From Thermoplasmatales archaeon SW_10_69_26 (GTDB lineage Archaea; Thermoplasmatota; SW-10-69-26), in contig PXUB01000013.1 of NCBI GenBank assembly GCA_003009755.1, positions 1-17,984 on the forward strand: a stretch of 17,984 nucleotides of DNA, given 5' to 3'. A model generated the notes under the pieces. It saw only the letters and a program-made list of their open reading frames with translations, was not told the origin of the DNA and made no database searches. Positions within the stretch are counted from its first letter, which is position 1, and the number at the start of each line of letters is the position of its first letter. This document shows, piece after piece, positions 16,202 through 17,984 of the stretch. Position numbers and translations under genes: made by a program.

Positions 16202-16549
16202 ATGGCCTTGACCGAGCTCCAGATGGGGTCCGAGATCGAAAGCTGCCTCGACAACTGCTTCGAAGCCTCGCAAGCGGCCGAGAAGTGCGCCAACCACTGC
16301 ATCGAGATGGGCGAAGCCGACCGGTCTCGCTGCATCGAGCTCTGCCAGGACGTCGCCGACCTCACCAGCCTCCACGCCCGCATGATGGCCCGCGACTCCG
16401 AGTACCACAACGAGATGGCCGCCGTGTGCGCAGACCTGTGCGAGACCTGCGCCGACGAGTGCGAGCAGTTCGACGGCCCGATCCCGCAGACGTGCGCCCA
16501 GGCCTGCCGCACGTGCGCCGCGTCCTGCCGGCAGATGGCGGGGGCTTGA
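16202..16549 (+). CDS. Cys-rich four-helix-bundle copper-binding/storage protein (Csp3/DUF326-like), 115 aa
   Basis: 14 Cys in CxxxC/CxxC repeats (CLDNC, CANHC, CIELC, CADLCETCADEC, CAQACRTCAASC). No signal peptide. Start ATG 16202. Confidence 0.88.
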   Translation: MALTELQMGSEIESCLDNCFEASQAAEKCANHCIEMGEADRSRCIELCQDVADLTSLHARMMARDSEYHNEMAAVCADLCETCADECEQFDGPIPQTCAQACRTCAASCRQMAGA

Positions 16550-16641
16550 TCGGGGGCCGAGACCAGCTGGCCCCTGCGCGGAAACGTGAAATGTCTAATC
16601 AGCGTAGACGTGCTTCGAGGACATGCAGCTGACCGATGGCG

Positions 16642-16981
16642 TCAGAACACGAGCCCGGAGGGAGAGCACCCCAGGCGCTCCATGACAGCGAAGCTGGTCG
16701 CATCGACGTAGGAGTAGGACTTGTCGTCGTGTTCGAGGAGGATCTCCTCCGCCCGCTCCTCGTCCTCTGGTGTCACCCGCTCGACCGGCATCGTGTTCTC
16801 CCGCAACCAGGTCCGGGCGTGGTGGGCGCCAAGGCGGACGTTGAGGAGACCGTAGGTTTCCGCGACGAGGAAGTTCGTCACGAAGAGACGGTCATCCCGG
16901 TCTCTCGTGGCTTCGAGGGTCTCCCGGGCATGCTGGTGGTGGTCGTCCGTCTTGTTCAGGACGGCTGCGATCGCCGAGGTG
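16642..16981 (-). pseudogene. vapC: VapC/PIN-domain toxin remnant lacking its start, first catalytic Asp and normal C-terminus
   Basis: The frame reads TSAIAAVLNKTDDHHQHA...TNFLVAETY...YSYVDATSFAVMERLG, then unrelated sequence and a stop. No start codon lies between the upstream in-frame TAG and TSAI. Confidence 0.8.
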
Positions 16982-17170
16982 CTCGTCGTGGCTGGACGAC
17001 AGATCCTCTGGACCCTCGGCGCTCCCCGCTAGCGCCAGCAGACCCTCACCAGACCACGTCTCGTCCGCTTCCGACTCCTGTCCGGCTTCGAGGAGCTGCT
17101 GGAGGTGTCGGGCGGCTTCAGATCGGAGCTCATCGACGAGCCGGTGGAGATCGTCGGAAGACGCGGTCAT
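16892..17170 (-). CDS. Putative antitoxin of the PIN toxin; native stop apparently lost, so it reads into out-of-frame toxin sequence
   Basis: Small acidic ORF with LLALAGSAEGPEDLSSSHDEHL, typical of the C-termini of antitoxins found upstream of PIN genes. The residues after HDEHL come from the toxin region in another frame. Confidence 0.65.
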   Translation of the reverse strand: MTASSDDLHRLVDELRSEAARHLQQLLEAGQESEADETWSGEGLLALAGSAEGPEDLSSSHDEHLGDRSRPEQDGRPPPACPGDPRSHERPG

Positions 17171-17522
17171 GGCCCTTGTTCTCTGCTTTTTGGTTGTTCA
17201 GAACCACGAAATACCTTGCGGTCCTTCAGGTCGCTCCGGGTGTCCGTGCAGGACCCATAGATCCAGACGTGGGGACGGGGAAGCCTGAATCCGCGGAACC
17301 CGTGTGCAGGAGGGGCTGAGGATCGGGCCCGGGGACAGCCATTCGAGGCTCAACACGAACACGTCTGTGTAGGTGCCAGGCATGGCCGGTGGGAAAAGTG
17401 ACGTGGAACTGCGCCGGGTCCCGGCCTTGACCAAGACCGACCGAGCTAAGCGGGGCCCCGTCCGGGCGCTGGCGGTCCATCTCTGGGCGGAGGTTGGATG
17501 TGGGTGGCACGCTGTCGCGTAT

Positions 17523-17982
17523 CGAGACCGACCGTGGGCCGGTGGGTGAGGTCGGTCTCGTGATCCGGCCAGAGCGGTGCGTTGGCCTCTCCGGAGACCG
17601 TGCGAGTCCGTCGGTCTCCGGATTCGTACGAACGCCATCAGACTCGGACGAGAGGCGTTGTCGAGGGACTCACCGCATCCGGTCGCGGAGCGGGTGCTTC
17701 CAGCTGCGGATGCGCTGGCGTGCCTTGCGAGTGTGGGCGCAACGGGTCGGTCGTGGAGTCTGAGGGAGTGTTGATGACGAAGACCGGGGCGAGCCGCTCG
17801 CCACGTGCCGAGACCGCGGCGCCCTCCGCCCTTCAGGGGTCGGGCTTGCGGTCTCGGATTTCGGACGAAGACCGACGCTCGCTCGCGTGACCGGTCCGGC
17901 GTCGGTCTTCGTCCTCATCCTGCCCTCCGCACGACTAGCTGTGACCCGGTGGGGGACTGTTGAGAAGTGCGGAGGGCAGGAT
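17523..17982. repeat. Cluster of serial inverted repeats in non-coding DNA
   Basis: Perfect stems: 17523-17533/17550-17560 (11 bp), 17590-17600/17612-17622 (11 bp), 17808-17817/17848-17857 (10 bp), 17863-17878/17899-17914 (16 bp) and 17917-17932/17967-17982 (16 bp). Confidence 0.8.
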
Positions 17983-17984
17983 TT

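Noticed and set aside
17171-17984. tRNA, SRP RNA, RNase P RNA or protein-coding genes in the right-hand tract
   Set aside because: I saw no cloverleaf/T-loop, SRP helix-8 or RNase P conserved motifs. The ORFs lack the acidic composition of the real genes here.

Overview
High-GC archaeal chromosomal segment with very acidic (Asp/Glu-rich) proteins. The EF-2 N-terminus (MGRKEENIKRA...) resembles Thermoplasmata, so a halophilic Thermoplasmatota host is inferred. Housekeeping genes are rps12, rps7, EF-2 (intact diphthamide motif) and FBP aldolase/phosphatase, plus a DUF1122-like gene and a small ribbon-helix-helix gene. Two bacterial-type signalling modules are embedded. (1) Between rps7 and EF-2 lies a stripped-down chemosensory cassette: tandem CheW, an MCP with a degenerate hairpin tip, a CheA-REC hybrid and a probable decayed receiver gene, with no cheR/cheB. 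(2) A translationally coupled H-NOX / GAF-PAS histidine kinase / receiver operon keeps the canonical heme-NO-binding residues and is a candidate archaeal nitric-oxide sensor. The spacer behind rps7 holds an array of two alternating repeats: copies of the rps7 3' end, and a bulged hairpin conserved in shape rather than sequence, with another inverted copy behind the FBPase gene. The right end has a zinc-ribbon membrane protein, a Cys-rich four-helix copper-storage-type protein, a vapBC pair broken by an apparent microhomology deletion, and a non-coding run of long hairpins. All family assignments come from motif recognition by eye; no searches were run.
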